From the NCBI GenBank assembly GCA_963762125.1, contig CAVXJO010000001.1, positions 315,940-379,939 of the forward strand: a DNA stretch of 64,000 bases, in the 5' to 3' direction. The notes beneath the pieces are model-generated. The model worked only from the letters and a program-made list of their open reading frames with translations. It did no database searches and had not been told where the DNA came from. Shown one piece after another: positions 17,063 to 27,698 of this stretch. Made by a program: the position numbers and the translations under genes. Position 1 is the first letter of the stretch. Each line of letters starts with the position of its first letter. The DNA is from an uncultured Thermoleophilia bacterium. GTDB lineage: Bacteria; Actinomycetota; Thermoleophilia; UBA2241.

Positions 17063-17092
17063 ACGGTAGAAGAGGTCGTCTTAGAGCGTCAA
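17063..17092 (-). promoter_or_regulatory. sigma70-like promoter of the cytochrome gene
   Basis: Minus strand reads TTGACG-18 nt-TACCGT. Confidence 0.5.
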
Positions 17093-17262
17093 CCGAATCC
17101 GGCCCCGCGGGCATTAAGGGCTGTGTAGCGAAGGTAAGGGTACCTCCAAGATGCGCAAGCGCATCGCCAAGACAGGCACGTCAGGAGGACTCGGATGAGC
17201 GAGCGGCGGACGATGTCCGAGTCCGCGGCGCGCCGTCGGCGCGCCGCCTTCTCGCCGGGCCG

Positions 17263-17769
17263 CTAGGTGGCTTGGTCTTCCGGGTAGTCGATCGCCTCGA
17301 CGGTGAGCTGGAGGTCGCCGGCCGGCCGTCGCCACAGCACCGTCTTGCCGATGCGAGCATCGAGCAGGGCCTCGGCGAGCGGAGAGACGTAGCTGATCTT
17401 GCCTTCCCTGAGGTCGGCCTCGTCCTCCCCCACGATGGCGAACGTCCGCCGCTCGCCGCCGGGCTGGCTCACGGTGACGGCGGCGCCGAACGTCACCTTG
17501 CGGCGCGGCTGCCGCGCCAGGTCCACAGGGATGGCGCTCTCGAGCCGCTCTGTGTAGTAGCGCAGGTCCCGGTCCACGTACGCGAGTTCGTCGGCGCGGT
17601 CGTCTCCGCTCAGCAGTTCCAGCCGGCGCGTCTCGAGCTCGCCGACCTTGGCCTCGAGCGCTCGCAGGCCGGCGGGCGTCACGTAGTTCGGATGCTCACT
17701 GACCTGTCGCTCGGGAAGACCTTCGGCGGGCGCGCCCTCGTCCGGCTCCTTGACGAACGCTCTGTTCAT
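17263..17769 (-). CDS. GreA/GreB family transcription elongation factor
   Basis: MNRAFVKE, NYVTPAG, IVGEDEAD...ISYVSPLA and WRRPAG motifs. Confidence 0.9.
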   Translation of the reverse strand: MNRAFVKEPDEGAPAEGLPERQVSEHPNYVTPAGLRALEAKVGELETRRLELLSGDDRADELAYVDRDLRYYTERLESAIPVDLARQPRRKVTFGAAVTVSQPGGERRTFAIVGEDEADLREGKISYVSPLAEALLDARIGKTVLWRRPAGDLQLTVEAIDYPEDQAT

Positions 17770-17893
17770 AGCGGACTCCGATCGGGGTTACTTCAAGTGT
17801 TCCCTTCGACGTACCCGTACGCACTCCCTCGCGATTGGGTAGATAGGTGACGAGACCGGGGCGTCCGCCCCACACACGTGACGGAGGGTGACC

Positions 17894-18430
17894 ATGCTGG
17901 ACAAGCGGATGCAGGATGCATTGAACAGCCAGATCAACTGGGAGTTCTACTCCGGCTACCTCTACCTCTCCATGGCGAGCCAGTTCGCGGAGAGCGGCAT
18001 GTCGGGTGGCCAGAACTGGATGACGGTGCAGTATCAGGAGGAGCTCGCTCACGCACGCATCATGTTCACCTACGTGCTCACCCGCGGGGGACGTGCAGTC
18101 CTCGAGGCGATCGAGCAGCCGGGGTCGGAGTGGCCCAGCGGGCTGGCGATGTTCGAGGAGGCGCTTGCCCACGAGGAGAAGGTGACGGCGCGCATCCACG
18201 ACCTGGCGTCGCTGGCGCTCGAGCTCAAGGACCACGCGACCTACAACTTCCTGCAGTGGTTCATCGCTGAGCAGGTCGAGGAAGAAGAGAGCGCGATGGA
18301 CATGGTGCAGAAGTTCAAGATGGCGGGCGAGCATCCAGCCGGCCTCTATCAGCTCGACAAGGAGTTGGCGACGCGGGCCTACAACGCGCCGGCGCCGCTG
18401 GTCGCGCTGGACACTGTGGCCGGCGCCTGA
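17894..18430 (+). CDS. ftn: Non-heme ferritin
   Basis: LNSQINWEFYSGYLYLSM, EELAHA, FLQWFIAEQVEEE ferroxidase motifs. Confidence 0.93.
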   Translation: MLDKRMQDALNSQINWEFYSGYLYLSMASQFAESGMSGGQNWMTVQYQEELAHARIMFTYVLTRGGRAVLEAIEQPGSEWPSGLAMFEEALAHEEKVTARIHDLASLALELKDHATYNFLQWFIAEQVEEEESAMDMVQKFKMAGEHPAGLYQLDKELATRAYNAPAPLVALDTVAGA

Positions 18431-18495
18431 CGCCGCCGCCGCCGCCGCCGACCACATCCGGCACGCCGCGCTGGCCGGGTGGAAAGAGGCGGGGC

Positions 18496-19005
18496 TTAGA
18501 GAGGCCGGACCATCAGCAGGCAGGGATCGTCGGGCCCCCAGTGCTCGGGGAACACCTCGAGCGGGCGGAAGCCCAGCGCAGCGTAGAAGGCGCGCGTGGC
18601 CGCGTAACCCGGGTCCGGGTCGCTCGGCGCAAGCGTCTTGACGTGGAGCAGCGAGAAGCCTTCGGTGCGGGCGTACGAGTCTGCGCACTCGACGAGCGCA
18701 TGGCCGACCCCGCGTCGGTGCCACGCCGGCAGGACGCCCATGACGTGGAGTTCCAGGGCGTCCTCACTGGTGGCTTTGAGACTGACGAAGCCGACGGTCT
18801 CCGCGCCCCTGTCGTCGCCGGGGTCCGCCGCGATGGCGACGAACGTGGGCAGCACGTCCGCCGCGTGCGCGTAGTCGAGGAGCGCGGACTCGATCCCGAA
18901 CCAGCCGGGGAGGGCGCGGAGGATGCGCTCGGCCGTCGGGCCTTGCGCGCGGAGCGGGCCCCTCACGACGAAGCCGGATGTGCCCATGGGCCTACCGCTC
19001 AGCAT
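18496..19005 (-). CDS. GNAT N-acetyltransferase
   Basis: LPGWFG, MGVLPAWHRRGVG (motif A), VKTL, TRAFYAALGF. Start uncertain (18987-19023). Confidence 0.85.
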   Translation of the reverse strand: MLSGRPMGTSGFVVRGPLRAQGPTAERILRALPGWFGIESALLDYAHAADVLPTFVAIAADPGDDRGAETVGFVSLKATSEDALELHVMGVLPAWHRRGVGHALVECADSYARTEGFSLLHVKTLAPSDPDPGYAATRAFYAALGFRPLEVFPEHWGPDDPCLLMVRPL

Positions 19006-19046
19006 GTCCCTGTCGCCGCCCATAGCTCCGCCGGGCCGAGTCGCCC

Positions 19047-19811
19047 TCAGGTCACGTCGCGGCGGAGCGAGATGAAGACCGCCGCGACGCTCACGATGGC
19101 TATGTAGGCGATGCTCACGAGAAAGGCCTGCGGACGCGCGAGCATCTCGCCTGCCGCGGCCGGGTCGGTACCGCTGCCGGCCACTTGCCCGGCGCTCACC
19201 TGGTTGAACACGGTGAACGGCAGCCAGGCGCCGACCGCGGGCTTGAGAACCACGATGATGTTCTCCGCGACGAGCGCCCAGATGAGGACGCCGGCGACGG
19301 TGACGACCTGGGCGCGGAAGAGCGCGCCGAGGGCGACGCCGAAGGTCGTGATCAGACCGGCGACGACGATCTGACGGGCGTAGTCCCCGAGGGTGCTGCC
19401 TCCGGTCGCGTCGATGTCCACGCCGCGCACCGCGCCGCCGATGCGGATCACCACATACACGAGGATGACGGCCACCAGCATCGTCACGATGCCGACCACG
19501 GCATAGACGAGGAGCTTCATCGCCATCACCTGCCAGCGGCGCGGCGTGACCAGATACGAGTAGGTGATGGTGCCGTGCCGGTACTCGTTGGTCATGCCGA
19601 GGATGCCGAAGACCAGCAGCACGAGCGGGACCAGTGCGCTCGCGGTGTTGAGGAACCCGGCCACGCCGTCCGACTCGAGCCAGTCTTTGGGCACGGCAAG
19701 AATGAGCGCGGTCAGCGGTACGAGGGTGACCACGAGGATGACGACGAAGAGGCCGAGAGCGGTGCGTGTGCTGCGCAGCTTGAGCAGTTCGGCCCGGGCC
19801 AGCGCGATCAC
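19047..19811 (-). CDS. ABC-2 type permease
   Basis: RAELLKLRS start, EYRHGTI and 6 TM helices; coupled to the ATPase gene. Confidence 0.88.
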   Translation of the reverse strand: MIALARAELLKLRSTRTALGLFVVILVVTLVPLTALILAVPKDWLESDGVAGFLNTASALVPLVLLVFGILGMTNEYRHGTITYSYLVTPRRWQVMAMKLLVYAVVGIVTMLVAVILVYVVIRIGGAVRGVDIDATGGSTLGDYARQIVVAGLITTFGVALGALFRAQVVTVAGVLIWALVAENIIVVLKPAVGAWLPFTVFNQVSAGQVAGSGTDPAAAGEMLARPQAFLVSIAYIAIVSVAAVFISLRRDVT

Positions 19812-20704
19812 TGCTCCCTCCGCGTGCCGGCGATCTGCAGAAAGAGCTCTTCGAGGCTCGGTTGTTCGGTCAACAGCTCGTGGAGTGCGACGCCGTGGAC
19901 GTGGGCGAGTTCGCCGACCTCGGCCGCCGACGGCCCGCGCACTGCGAGGGCGTCGTTGAGGCGGTTGACGGCCGCGCCGGCGGAGATGAGCGCGGCCTCC
20001 AGCTTCTCCGCCTGCGGCGAGCGCACGCGAACCACGGGCTGTGTCGATGCCGTCAGCTCGTGGATCGGACCTTGGGCGAGCAGCCTTCCCTTGCTCATGA
20101 TCAGGATGTCGTCGACGGTCTGCTCGACCTCCGCCAGGACGTGGCTCGAGACGACTACCGTTCGGCCCTCTGCGGCGAGCTTGCGCAGGAACGTGCGTAG
20201 CCACAGCATCCCTTCGGGGTCGAGGCCGTTGGCGGGCTCGTCGAGGATGAGCACCTCGGGATCGCCGAGCAGCGCGGCGGCGAGCGCCAGACGCTGCTTC
20301 ATGCCCGTCGAGTAGCCCTTGACCGCGCGTTTGGCGGCGGTCTCGAGCTCGACCATCTCGAGCGTCTCGTCCACGCGCGCTTCTGAGACGCCGGCGCCGG
20401 TCGCGATCACGCGCAGCGCGTTGCGCCCCGAGCGGCCGGGGTGGAAGCCCGAGGAGTCGAGGAGCGCGCCGACCCTTGCGGCGGGCGCGTGCAGCTCCCG
20501 GTAGCGGCTGCCGAGGATCGTCACCGATCCGGCCGTCGGCCGCACCAGGTCAAGGATCATGCGAAGGGTCGTCGTCTTGCCGGCGCCGTTGGGACCGAGC
20601 ACGCCGGTGATCGTGCCTGCCTCGATCGTGAAGCTCACGTCGTCGACGGCGAGGACCTTCTTGCCGAAACGCTTGGTCAGGTGCTCAGCTTTGATGACGG
20701 GCAT
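19808..20704 (-). CDS. ABC transporter ATP-binding protein
   Basis: Walker A GPNGAGKTT, YSTGMKQR and ILDEP. Confidence 0.93.
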   Translation of the reverse strand: MPVIKAEHLTKRFGKKVLAVDDVSFTIEAGTITGVLGPNGAGKTTTLRMILDLVRPTAGSVTILGSRYRELHAPAARVGALLDSSGFHPGRSGRNALRVIATGAGVSEARVDETLEMVELETAAKRAVKGYSTGMKQRLALAAALLGDPEVLILDEPANGLDPEGMLWLRTFLRKLAAEGRTVVVSSHVLAEVEQTVDDILIMSKGRLLAQGPIHELTASTQPVVRVRSPQAEKLEAALISAGAAVNRLNDALAVRGPSAAEVGELAHVHGVALHELLTEQPSLEELFLQIAGTRREQ

Positions 20705-20793
20705 GTCGCCTCCAGGTCGGTGCGGGCGGAGCCCACCCCGCCGGAGTCTACACGAGGAGCGCGACCCACTCTTGAGCGGCCGCGTCGCCGGGG

Positions 20794-21831
20794 TCAGCGC
20801 TGCAGCGACCGGGCGTACAGCTCCCAGTGCCCGCTGCGGTCGTCGGCCCAGTAGACGGTGTCCGCCACGATGACGGGGCTGACCTGACGGCCGTCTCCGG
20901 CACCGACGGCGAAGGCCTTGCCGGCCCCGAAGTCGTAGGCCCACACCTGGGGACCGGTCGCCTTGCGGGTGGTGACCCAGACGGCGTACCGGCGGCTCAC
21001 GGAGAGGGACGAGACCGCCCCTGCCACGCGGCACAGCACCGTCGAGCGGCTCGAGTGTCGGTCCCACGAGACCACGGCGCTGGAGCGGCGGCCAACGGGG
21101 GCCGCCCAGAGGATGCGGTGACGGTCGATCGCGACCGCGGTCCCGGCCGCGGCCAGCTTGTGGCGAGGGCCTCTGCGATAGGAACCTGCCCACACGGCGC
21201 CCGACGTGCCGCGTCCGGTGACCCAGACGGCCCAGCTGCCCCACGCGGCGACGTCGCGGATCCGGCCGTCCGCGATGACTGAGTAGTCCTCGTCCGTCAG
21301 CGCGTTGCTGCCGCGTATGGCGTCGTTGCCGTCGCCGGCGTCGGGTTCCACCCAGAGTACGCAGTCGCCGGCAGCCAAGGGGTCTCGGCCTGCCGGGGCG
21401 GCCGTCCAGCGCCGCGTGCTGGCGGTGTCGTAGGCTCGGATCTGCGGCGGTCCGGCCCCGCGGCGACCTGCCCAAGCGGCCCAGGCGATCACTTCGCCGG
21501 AGGCGCTGGGGAAGCCGGCGGACCTGCCCGTCGCCGTGCGCCGTAGCACCCGCTCGGGGCGCCGGGTGCGTACATCGAAGGACCACAGACCGGCGACGGC
21601 GGCGCTCGGATCGCGCTGCTCCCAGAGCACCGCGGAGTTGGTCGCGGTAAGGCCCAAGGCCTCCTCGGGCCAGGCCAGCGACCGGACGCTGTGCGCGACG
21701 CCGGTGATGGCTGCCGATGAGTCGGCCGAGGCCCGAGTGGGGCCGGGCAGGAGGCCGGTGCTGTAGGCGAGGAATCCTGGCACGGCAGCGGCGGCGATGA
21801 ACGCGGCTACTACGACGAATCTCTTCGCCAC
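20794..21831 (-). CDS. Exported beta-propeller (TolB-like) protein
   Basis: N-terminal signal/TM and repeated W-rich blades (AVLWEQ, VIAWAA, WAVWVT, ILWAA, VYWAD); GGAGG RBS. Confidence 0.65.
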   Translation of the reverse strand: MAKRFVVVAAFIAAAAVPGFLAYSTGLLPGPTRASADSSAAITGVAHSVRSLAWPEEALGLTATNSAVLWEQRDPSAAVAGLWSFDVRTRRPERVLRRTATGRSAGFPSASGEVIAWAAWAGRRGAGPPQIRAYDTASTRRWTAAPAGRDPLAAGDCVLWVEPDAGDGNDAIRGSNALTDEDYSVIADGRIRDVAAWGSWAVWVTGRGTSGAVWAGSYRRGPRHKLAAAGTAVAIDRHRILWAAPVGRRSSAVVSWDRHSSRSTVLCRVAGAVSSLSVSRRYAVWVTTRKATGPQVWAYDFGAGKAFAVGAGDGRQVSPVIVADTVYWADDRSGHWELYARSLQR

Positions 21832-22073
21832 GGCTCCCACCTCCCGGGCGGCGTCGCGGCCGCCCCCGAACCCTGCCCGTGCATGCCGCTCCACCCGCGC
21901 ACGCGCCGCATGTCTTCCCCACGCAGGCCGTCCAAAACGTGCGCCGCCGTTCGCCGGCGGCCTGGTGGTCATGGGTGTGAGCAGGGGGCAGCCGGAGGAT
22001 GAGCGGGCCGCGCTGCGCGGTGCGGGCCGCGGCGGATTGCGTTGCGTGCCCGCAGGGCTGACGATAGGCGGCG

Positions 22074-22628
22074 ATGCTGAGGTTCTGCGACAAGTGGTGG
22101 ATAACGGCCGGACGCGGCGCGGTGGCGGTGGCCTTCGGCTTGGCCGTGTTGTTTCTACCCGATCTCGACCACCGCTCTCTGGCGCTCGCCCTGGGAGTGT
22201 TTGCATTGGTCGACGGCCTCATGCTGGCCGCCCTGGCAGTGGTCGCTCGCGATGTGCTCGACCAGTGGTGGCTCGTGCTCGTGGAGAGCTGCGTGAGCCT
22301 CGCCGTGGCCGCTGTGGCGCTGGGCTGGATGGCCGATGGCACCTTCAGTCTGCTGGCGCTCCTCGCCGCGTGGGCGGTCGTGACCGGGGTGTTCGAGGTG
22401 GAGGCCGGCGTGCGTCTGCGGCGGCTGGCCGCCGGCGAGCCGTCCCTGCTCGTCGCCGGCGGCCTCTCGCTGGTGCTCGGCATCTCGCTCGTGGCGCTCT
22501 CCGAGGCCGAACTCGCACGCCTTACGGTGACGATCGGCTGGTTCGTCGTCGCGTACGGAGGGGCCTTGGCCGTCGTCGCGTTCCGACTGCGTCGGCTCGC
22601 GATGGTTGAGCGCGCCTCTCGCCGCTGA
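22074..22628 (+). CDS. HdeD/DUF308 family membrane protein
   Basis: WWI..GRG..AV.FG..., ALVDG and AWAVVTGVFEV pattern with 6 TM helices. Confidence 0.8.
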   Translation: MLRFCDKWWITAGRGAVAVAFGLAVLFLPDLDHRSLALALGVFALVDGLMLAALAVVARDVLDQWWLVLVESCVSLAVAAVALGWMADGTFSLLALLAAWAVVTGVFEVEAGVRLRRLAAGEPSLLVAGGLSLVLGISLVALSEAELARLTVTIGWFVVAYGGALAVVAFRLRRLAMVERASRR

Positions 22629-22785
22629 CCGTCCGTCGCGAGCGTCGCGCGGCCTGTCGTCTGCGTGCGAAAGACTCACCGATGCAGCCTCCGGACGCAT
22701 GTCTTCCGCGACGAACCCGGCACAGCCTCCGCGCGTCTCCGCGTGCAGACGACGGCGCCGCCTCCGGCGCCGTGGAGGTGCGCTC

Positions 22786-23202
22786 ATGAGACACACGATC
22801 AGGGCGCCGGCGGCCTTGGCCGTGCTCGCGGCGTTGGGGGCAGCCGTCGTCGGCGGCTGCGGGGGTGCGACGGCCGTCGTGCCGGCTTCGCCGTCGCCCT
22901 CCGCTCCGCTGCCCGCTTCGGCCGACATCACCGGTACCGTGAGCGATCTCAGCGGCGGTAGGGGCAGCGACACGCCGCCCGTGCTCCTCGTGATGTCCGA
23001 TCCTGAGACGGGAAGCAGCCTCGACAGGGCGTCGGTACGCGTGACGGAGGACACGGTCGTGTGGGCGTCCGACGGCAGGCGCGGCGCGGCATCGGACGTC
23101 ACCGAGGGTGAACGAATAGCGGCGTGGTTCAGCGGGCCGGTCGCCGAGTCGTATCCTGTGCAGGCCACGGCCGGGGTGGTGCAGATCCAGCTCCCGGACT
23201 GA
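22786..23202 (+). CDS. Lipoprotein, DUF3221/YobA-like OB fold
   Basis: Lipobox VGGC; ITG.V, WFSGPVAESYP.QA.A motif. Confidence 0.75.
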   Translation: MRHTIRAPAALAVLAALGAAVVGGCGGATAVVPASPSPSAPLPASADITGTVSDLSGGRGSDTPPVLLVMSDPETGSSLDRASVRVTEDTVVWASDGRRGAASDVTEGERIAAWFSGPVAESYPVQATAGVVQIQLPD

Positions 23203-23227
23203 CGCGTGCGCCGCGCGAGCCGCCGGC

Positions 23228-24329
23228 TCAGCCCGTGTGCATGAAGTTGATCACGTCGCCGTCCTGGACGACGTACTCCTTGCCCTCGGTGCGCAGCAGC
23301 GCTTTCTCTCGGGCGGCGTGGAACGACTTGAGCTCGATGAGGTCGTCGATGTTGACCACCTGGGCGCGTACGAACCCGTGCTCGATGTCGCTGTGGATGC
23401 GGCCCGCGGCTTGCTTGGCTGTCCAGCCGCGGGGCAGCTGCCAGGCACGCGACTCGCTGCTGCGGAAGTCGCCGGTGAAGAAGGTGATGTAGCCGAGGAC
23501 CTCGTAGGCGGCACGCAGGACGACGTCGAGCGTGCCCGCCTCGTCGGCGCCGAGCTCGGCGCGGAACTCCGCCGCCTCCTCGGGCTCCAGATCGGCGAGC
23601 TCTGCTTCCAGGCGCGCGGCGACGGCGACCACCTGGTCGCCCCGGTCGCGCGCCCACCCCACGAAGTCGTGATGCTGTCCAAGGGCGGCCGCGGCGCTCT
23701 GGTCGTCATCCGTGTTCAGGACGAACAGCACCGGGCGGTCGCTCACGAGCGCGAGCTCGCGGAAGAGCGCCGAGTCGTCGTCGGAGCGTTCGATGCGCTT
23801 GGCGAGGACGCCCTCCATGAGCGAAGCGTGCAGCGCCTCGAGTACCTCGAGTTCGTGCTTGGCCGCCTTGTCGCCGCTGCGCGCCGCCTTGCGGGTCTTG
23901 TCCAGGCGGCGCTCCACGAGTTCGGCGTCGCTGAGCACGAGCTCGGTCTCCACGAGGTCGACGTCGGCGCGCGGGTCGAGCCTGTCGCTCACGTGGGCGA
24001 CCTCCGGGTTCTGGAAGGCGCGGATCACATGCGCCACGGCGTCCACGCTGCGGATGTCGGAGAGGAAGCGGTTGCCGAGACCTTCGCCGCGGCTCGCGCC
24101 TTCGGCCAGCCCGGCGATGTCCACCACATCGATCGTGGCGTGGACCTTCCTGGGCGTCTCGAGCACCTCGTCCAGCCGGTCGAGCCGCGGATCTGGAACA
24201 GCGCACGACGCCAAGATTGGACTCCGCCGACGTGAACGCGTACGCGGTGGCGGCGGCCTGCGCGTGGGTGAGCGCGTTGAACAGGGTGGTCTTGCCGACG
24301 TTGGGCAGACCGACGATGCCGAGCTTCAC
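23228..24329 (-). CDS. ychF: Redox-regulated ATPase YchF (frameshift at ~24210)
   Basis: GIVGLPNVGKTTLFNALT, VDIAGL, FLSDIR, AGRIHSD and GKEYVVQDGDV. Confidence 0.92.
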
Positions 24330-25339
24330 GGGTGCCTTCCCAGTTTGCTGGTGAGCAGGGTCTCGAGGAGGAGGGACATCTGTCGCAGCTGCTTCCTGAC
24401 CCTCCCCGGGAGCTTCGCGTCGACGTAGGCGACGGTGTCGCGCGGAGTATGCCAGATGCGCGGCCCTGAGGCAGTCTCGGCTACGCGCCGCCCCGTGCTC
24501 GCCTCCCAGGACACCGCGCTGAAGATCGCCGTGGCGATGTCGGCGTCGGCGAAGGGCACGTCGTCGGCCGGCGCCGCGACCGTGCCGGCCGTCCGCCCCG
24601 GCGCCTCCGGGCTCGTCACCAGCGGCACGTCGAGCGAGTCCGCGGCGCTGAGCGCGTCGTCGCGCAGCCATGTGGGGCCGCCGAAGCGGCTGGCGACGGA
24701 GAGCTCGTCGCCGCCCGCCGGGGCGTCGAGGTCGATCATGCCGATGGTCGCGCGCCGCTCGACGTCGCTCATGCCGCGCACGAAGTACTCGGCGCCGAGC
24801 GACCCTTCCTCCTCGGCGCCGAACGCGACGAAGACGACGGTGTAGGGCGTGGCCACGTTCTTGATGCGCGCCGCGACCTCGAGCAGCAGGCCGACGCCGG
24901 TCGCGTTGTCGAGGTAGCCCTGGCCGACGACCGTCGAGTCGTAATGGGCTCCGACGACGAGTTGCTTGGCGGAGTCGCCCTCCTTGACGGCGACGACGTT
25001 GGCCGAGTGGATGCGACGTCCACCGCCGCTCGCGATGAACTCGTCGGTGCGCGGGAAGTAGCCGTACTGCTGGAGTGCGCCGGTGATGAACTCGCGGGCG
25101 TGGATCTCGCCCCAGGAATCGGCGGGCCGTTTGCCGACGCTGCGCGCCAGGACCTTGGCCGTGGCGTAGGCGACGCCGCCGTGCGGAGAACTTGACACGG
25201 CGGCGGACGGCCGCCCCACCTTGACGGTCTTTCCGGAGCAACCGTCGAACGCGCCGCCGGCCGCGAGACCGATGACGAGCACGAGGACGGCAGCCGTGAC
25301 GACGGCGAGCTGGCCGCCGCGGGTGCTCAAGGCGCGCAC
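24326..25339 (-). CDS. M28 family metallopeptidase (lipoprotein-like)
   Basis: VGAHYDS, DNATG, FGAEEEG.LG, IDLD and WHTPRDT zinc ligands; N-terminal TM followed by Cys. Confidence 0.88.
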   Translation of the reverse strand: MRALSTRGGQLAVVTAAVLVLVIGLAAGGAFDGCSGKTVKVGRPSAAVSSSPHGGVAYATAKVLARSVGKRPADSWGEIHAREFITGALQQYGYFPRTDEFIASGGGRRIHSANVVAVKEGDSAKQLVVGAHYDSTVVGQGYLDNATGVGLLLEVAARIKNVATPYTVVFVAFGAEEEGSLGAEYFVRGMSDVERRATIGMIDLDAPAGGDELSVASRFGGPTWLRDDALSAADSLDVPLVTSPEAPGRTAGTVAAPADDVPFADADIATAIFSAVSWEASTGRRVAETASGPRIWHTPRDTVAYVDAKLPGRVRKQLRQMSLLLETLLTSKLGRHP

Positions 25340-25340
25340 G

Positions 25341-25916
25341 TCACACCGGCGCCGGGACGAGAAGGACCCAGACGGCGCCGAACAGCAGCCCGTAGGCAAG
25401 ACCGCCGAGCACGTCGCCGAGGTAGTGCACGCCGAGGTAGACGCGGCTGAAGCAGAGCACGAGCGTCAGGACGGCGAGAGCGGGGATCCACTGCGGGTAG
25501 AGGGCCCCGACCGTGAACGTCCCGACCACGGCCATGCTCGCGTGCGACGACGGGAAGGACTTGCTGAGCGGCAGCGGGATCTGCTCCGGCAGCGTCGGGT
25601 CGGCGACCGGCGGTCGCGCGCGTCCGACGAATCTCTTGATCACGAAGCCTGTCATCTCCACCAGCGTGACGGGGGCGGCCACGTACAGCGCCTTCCACAA
25701 CGGCTGCGGCGCGCCCAGAAGCCAAGGTACGAGACAGAGGACGTACCAGAGCACCCCGTAGTTCGCGGACAGCGACAGACCGCCGAGCGGCAGAGTGAAC
25801 CAGCGCGGGTGTGGCCAGCCCATCGCCGCCCGGCGCGACAGGGCGCGGTCGAGGCTGTCGAGGCGGCCGGGGAGAGGGGGCGGCACGGCGTCTGTGGGGC
25901 CGGGGACGGAGGGCAT
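25341..25916 (-). CDS. PAP2 family phosphatase
   Basis: KRFVGRARP, SFPSSH and SRVYLGVHYLGDV. Confidence 0.9.
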   Translation of the reverse strand: MPSVPGPTDAVPPPLPGRLDSLDRALSRRAAMGWPHPRWFTLPLGGLSLSANYGVLWYVLCLVPWLLGAPQPLWKALYVAAPVTLVEMTGFVIKRFVGRARPPVADPTLPEQIPLPLSKSFPSSHASMAVVGTFTVGALYPQWIPALAVLTLVLCFSRVYLGVHYLGDVLGGLAYGLLFGAVWVLLVPAPV

Positions 25917-25929
25917 CGGAATCGCGTCT

Positions 25930-25937
25930 AGTATACT
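25930..25937. promoter_or_regulatory. Overlapping bidirectional -10 elements
   Basis: Palindrome AGTATACT gives TATACT on both strands in the 61-bp gap between divergent PAP2 and ACT genes. Confidence 0.5.
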
Positions 25938-25977
25938 TGCCGTCTGTTTCCGCCCACTCTCTCCCAGGGACGTCCCG

Positions 25978-26253
25978 ATGCGTACAACCGTCATCGTCAC
26001 CGCTCTCGGCCCCGATAGCCACGGCCTCCTCGCGCAGGTCGCGACGACCATCGCCGAGCAGAACGCGAACGTCGACGACGTGAGTCAGACGGTCGCCAAC
26101 GGCATGTTCACGATGATCATGTTCGTCTCGTTCGACCAGGGCGAGACGACCATCGCCGAGCTCAAGGAAGCTCTCGAGGCGACAGGGCAGCGCATCGGAC
26201 TGCAGATCAGCGTGCAGCACGAGAACATCTTCAAGTTCATGCACCGCGTCTAG
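25978..26253 (+). CDS. ACT domain protein (UPF0237)
   Basis: [23 protein letters not shown] and [12 protein letters not shown]. Confidence 0.9.
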   Translation: MRTTVIVTALGPDSHGLLAQVATTIAEQNANVDDVSQTVANGMFTMIMFVSFDQGETTIAELKEALEATGQRIGLQISVQHENIFKFMHRV

Positions 26254-26265
26254 CGAGGAGCGGCC

Positions 26266-27633
26266 GTGGTCTTCATCACCGCCCAGGAGATCCTCGAGAC
26301 CGTGAGCATGATCCGGTCCGAGAACCTCGACGTCCGGGCCGTCACCATGGGCATCTCGCTCGACGACTGCGCCGCCGGCGAGACCGCGCCGGCACCGCCG
26401 AGCGCATCCACGCCAAGATCGTGCGCCGCGCCGGCAAGCTGGTCGAGGTCGCGGCCGAGCTGCAGGAGAAGTACGGCGTGCCCATCGTCAACCGGCGCGT
26501 CTCGGTGACGCCCATCGCCGACGTGGTCGGCAGCGACGACCCCGAACGCCTACGTCGAGGTGGCGCACGCGCTCGACGCGGCCGCCAACGAGGTCGGGAT
26601 CGACTTCCTCGGCGGCTTCAGCGCGCTCGTCCAGAAGGGGTTCACGCGCAGCGACACCGCCCTCATCGAGGCGATCCCGGACGCCATCGGCAGCACCCAG
26701 CGTGTGTGCTCCTCCGTCAACGTCGCCTCCACGCGCGCGGGCATCAACATGGACGCGGTGCTGCGCATGGCCGACGTGCTCCTCGCCGTGAGCAAGCGCA
26801 CCGCGGAGCACGACTCCATCGGCTGCGCCAAGATCGTCATCTTCTGCAACGCGCCGGAGGACAACCCCTTCATGGCCGGCGCGATGCACGGCAGCGGCGA
26901 GGCCGAGTGCAGCATCAACGTCGCCATCTCCGGCCCCGGCGTGGTGCGCAACGTCGTCGCCGCCAACCCGGACGCCTCGTTCATCGAGCTCGCCGACCTC
27001 ATCAAGCGCACGACCTTCAAGATCACGCGCGTCGGCGAGCTGATCGCCCAGGAGGCCTCGCAGATGCTCGGCGCCGAGCTCGGCATCATCGACCTCTCGC
27101 TGGCGCCGACGCCGGCCGTCGGCGACTCCATCGCCGAGATCCTCGAGTGCATGGGGCTCGAGGCGGTCGGCGCTCCCGGTACGACCGCCGCGCTGGCCAT
27201 GCTCAACGACGCCGTCAAGAAGGGCGGCACCATGGCCACGTCGTCCACCGGCGGCCTCTCCGGCGCCTTCATCCCGGTGAGCGAGGACAAGGCCATGGCC
27301 AGGGCCGCCGCCGACGGCCACCTGCCGATCGAGAAGCTCGAGGCGATGACGGCGGTCTGCTCGCTCGGACTCGACATGATCGTCGTCCCCGGCGACATCT
27401 CCCGCGACGCGCTCGCCGGCACCATCGCCGACGTCATGGCCATCGGCATGATCAACTCCAAGACCACCGGCGCGCGCCTCATCCCGGCGGCCGGCAAGAA
27501 GGTCGGGGAGTGGGCCACGCTCGGCGGGCTGTTCGGCGAGGGGCCGGTCATGAAGGTCAGCACCGCCGGCAACAGCGCGTTCGTGCGCAGGGGCGGGCGC
27601 ATTCCCGCGCCTCTCCAGAGTCTTACGAACTAG
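26266..27633 (+). CDS. PFL-family protein DUF711/UPF0210 (frameshifts at ~26390-26560)
   Basis: [54 protein letters not shown] and [11 protein letters not shown]. Confidence 0.9.
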
Positions 27634-27698
27634 GCGCGGCTCAATAGGACTGCGTCGATCAGCCGGCCCCGCTGCGTCGCTGACGAACCGGCGGGCGA

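Noticed and set aside
17195-17266. 23-codon ORF (MSERRTMSESAARRRRAAFSPGR) behind a strong AGGAGG
   Set aside because: Low complexity, overlaps the greA stop on the opposite strand, no clear promoter and no recognisable motif. It would need ribosome profiling.
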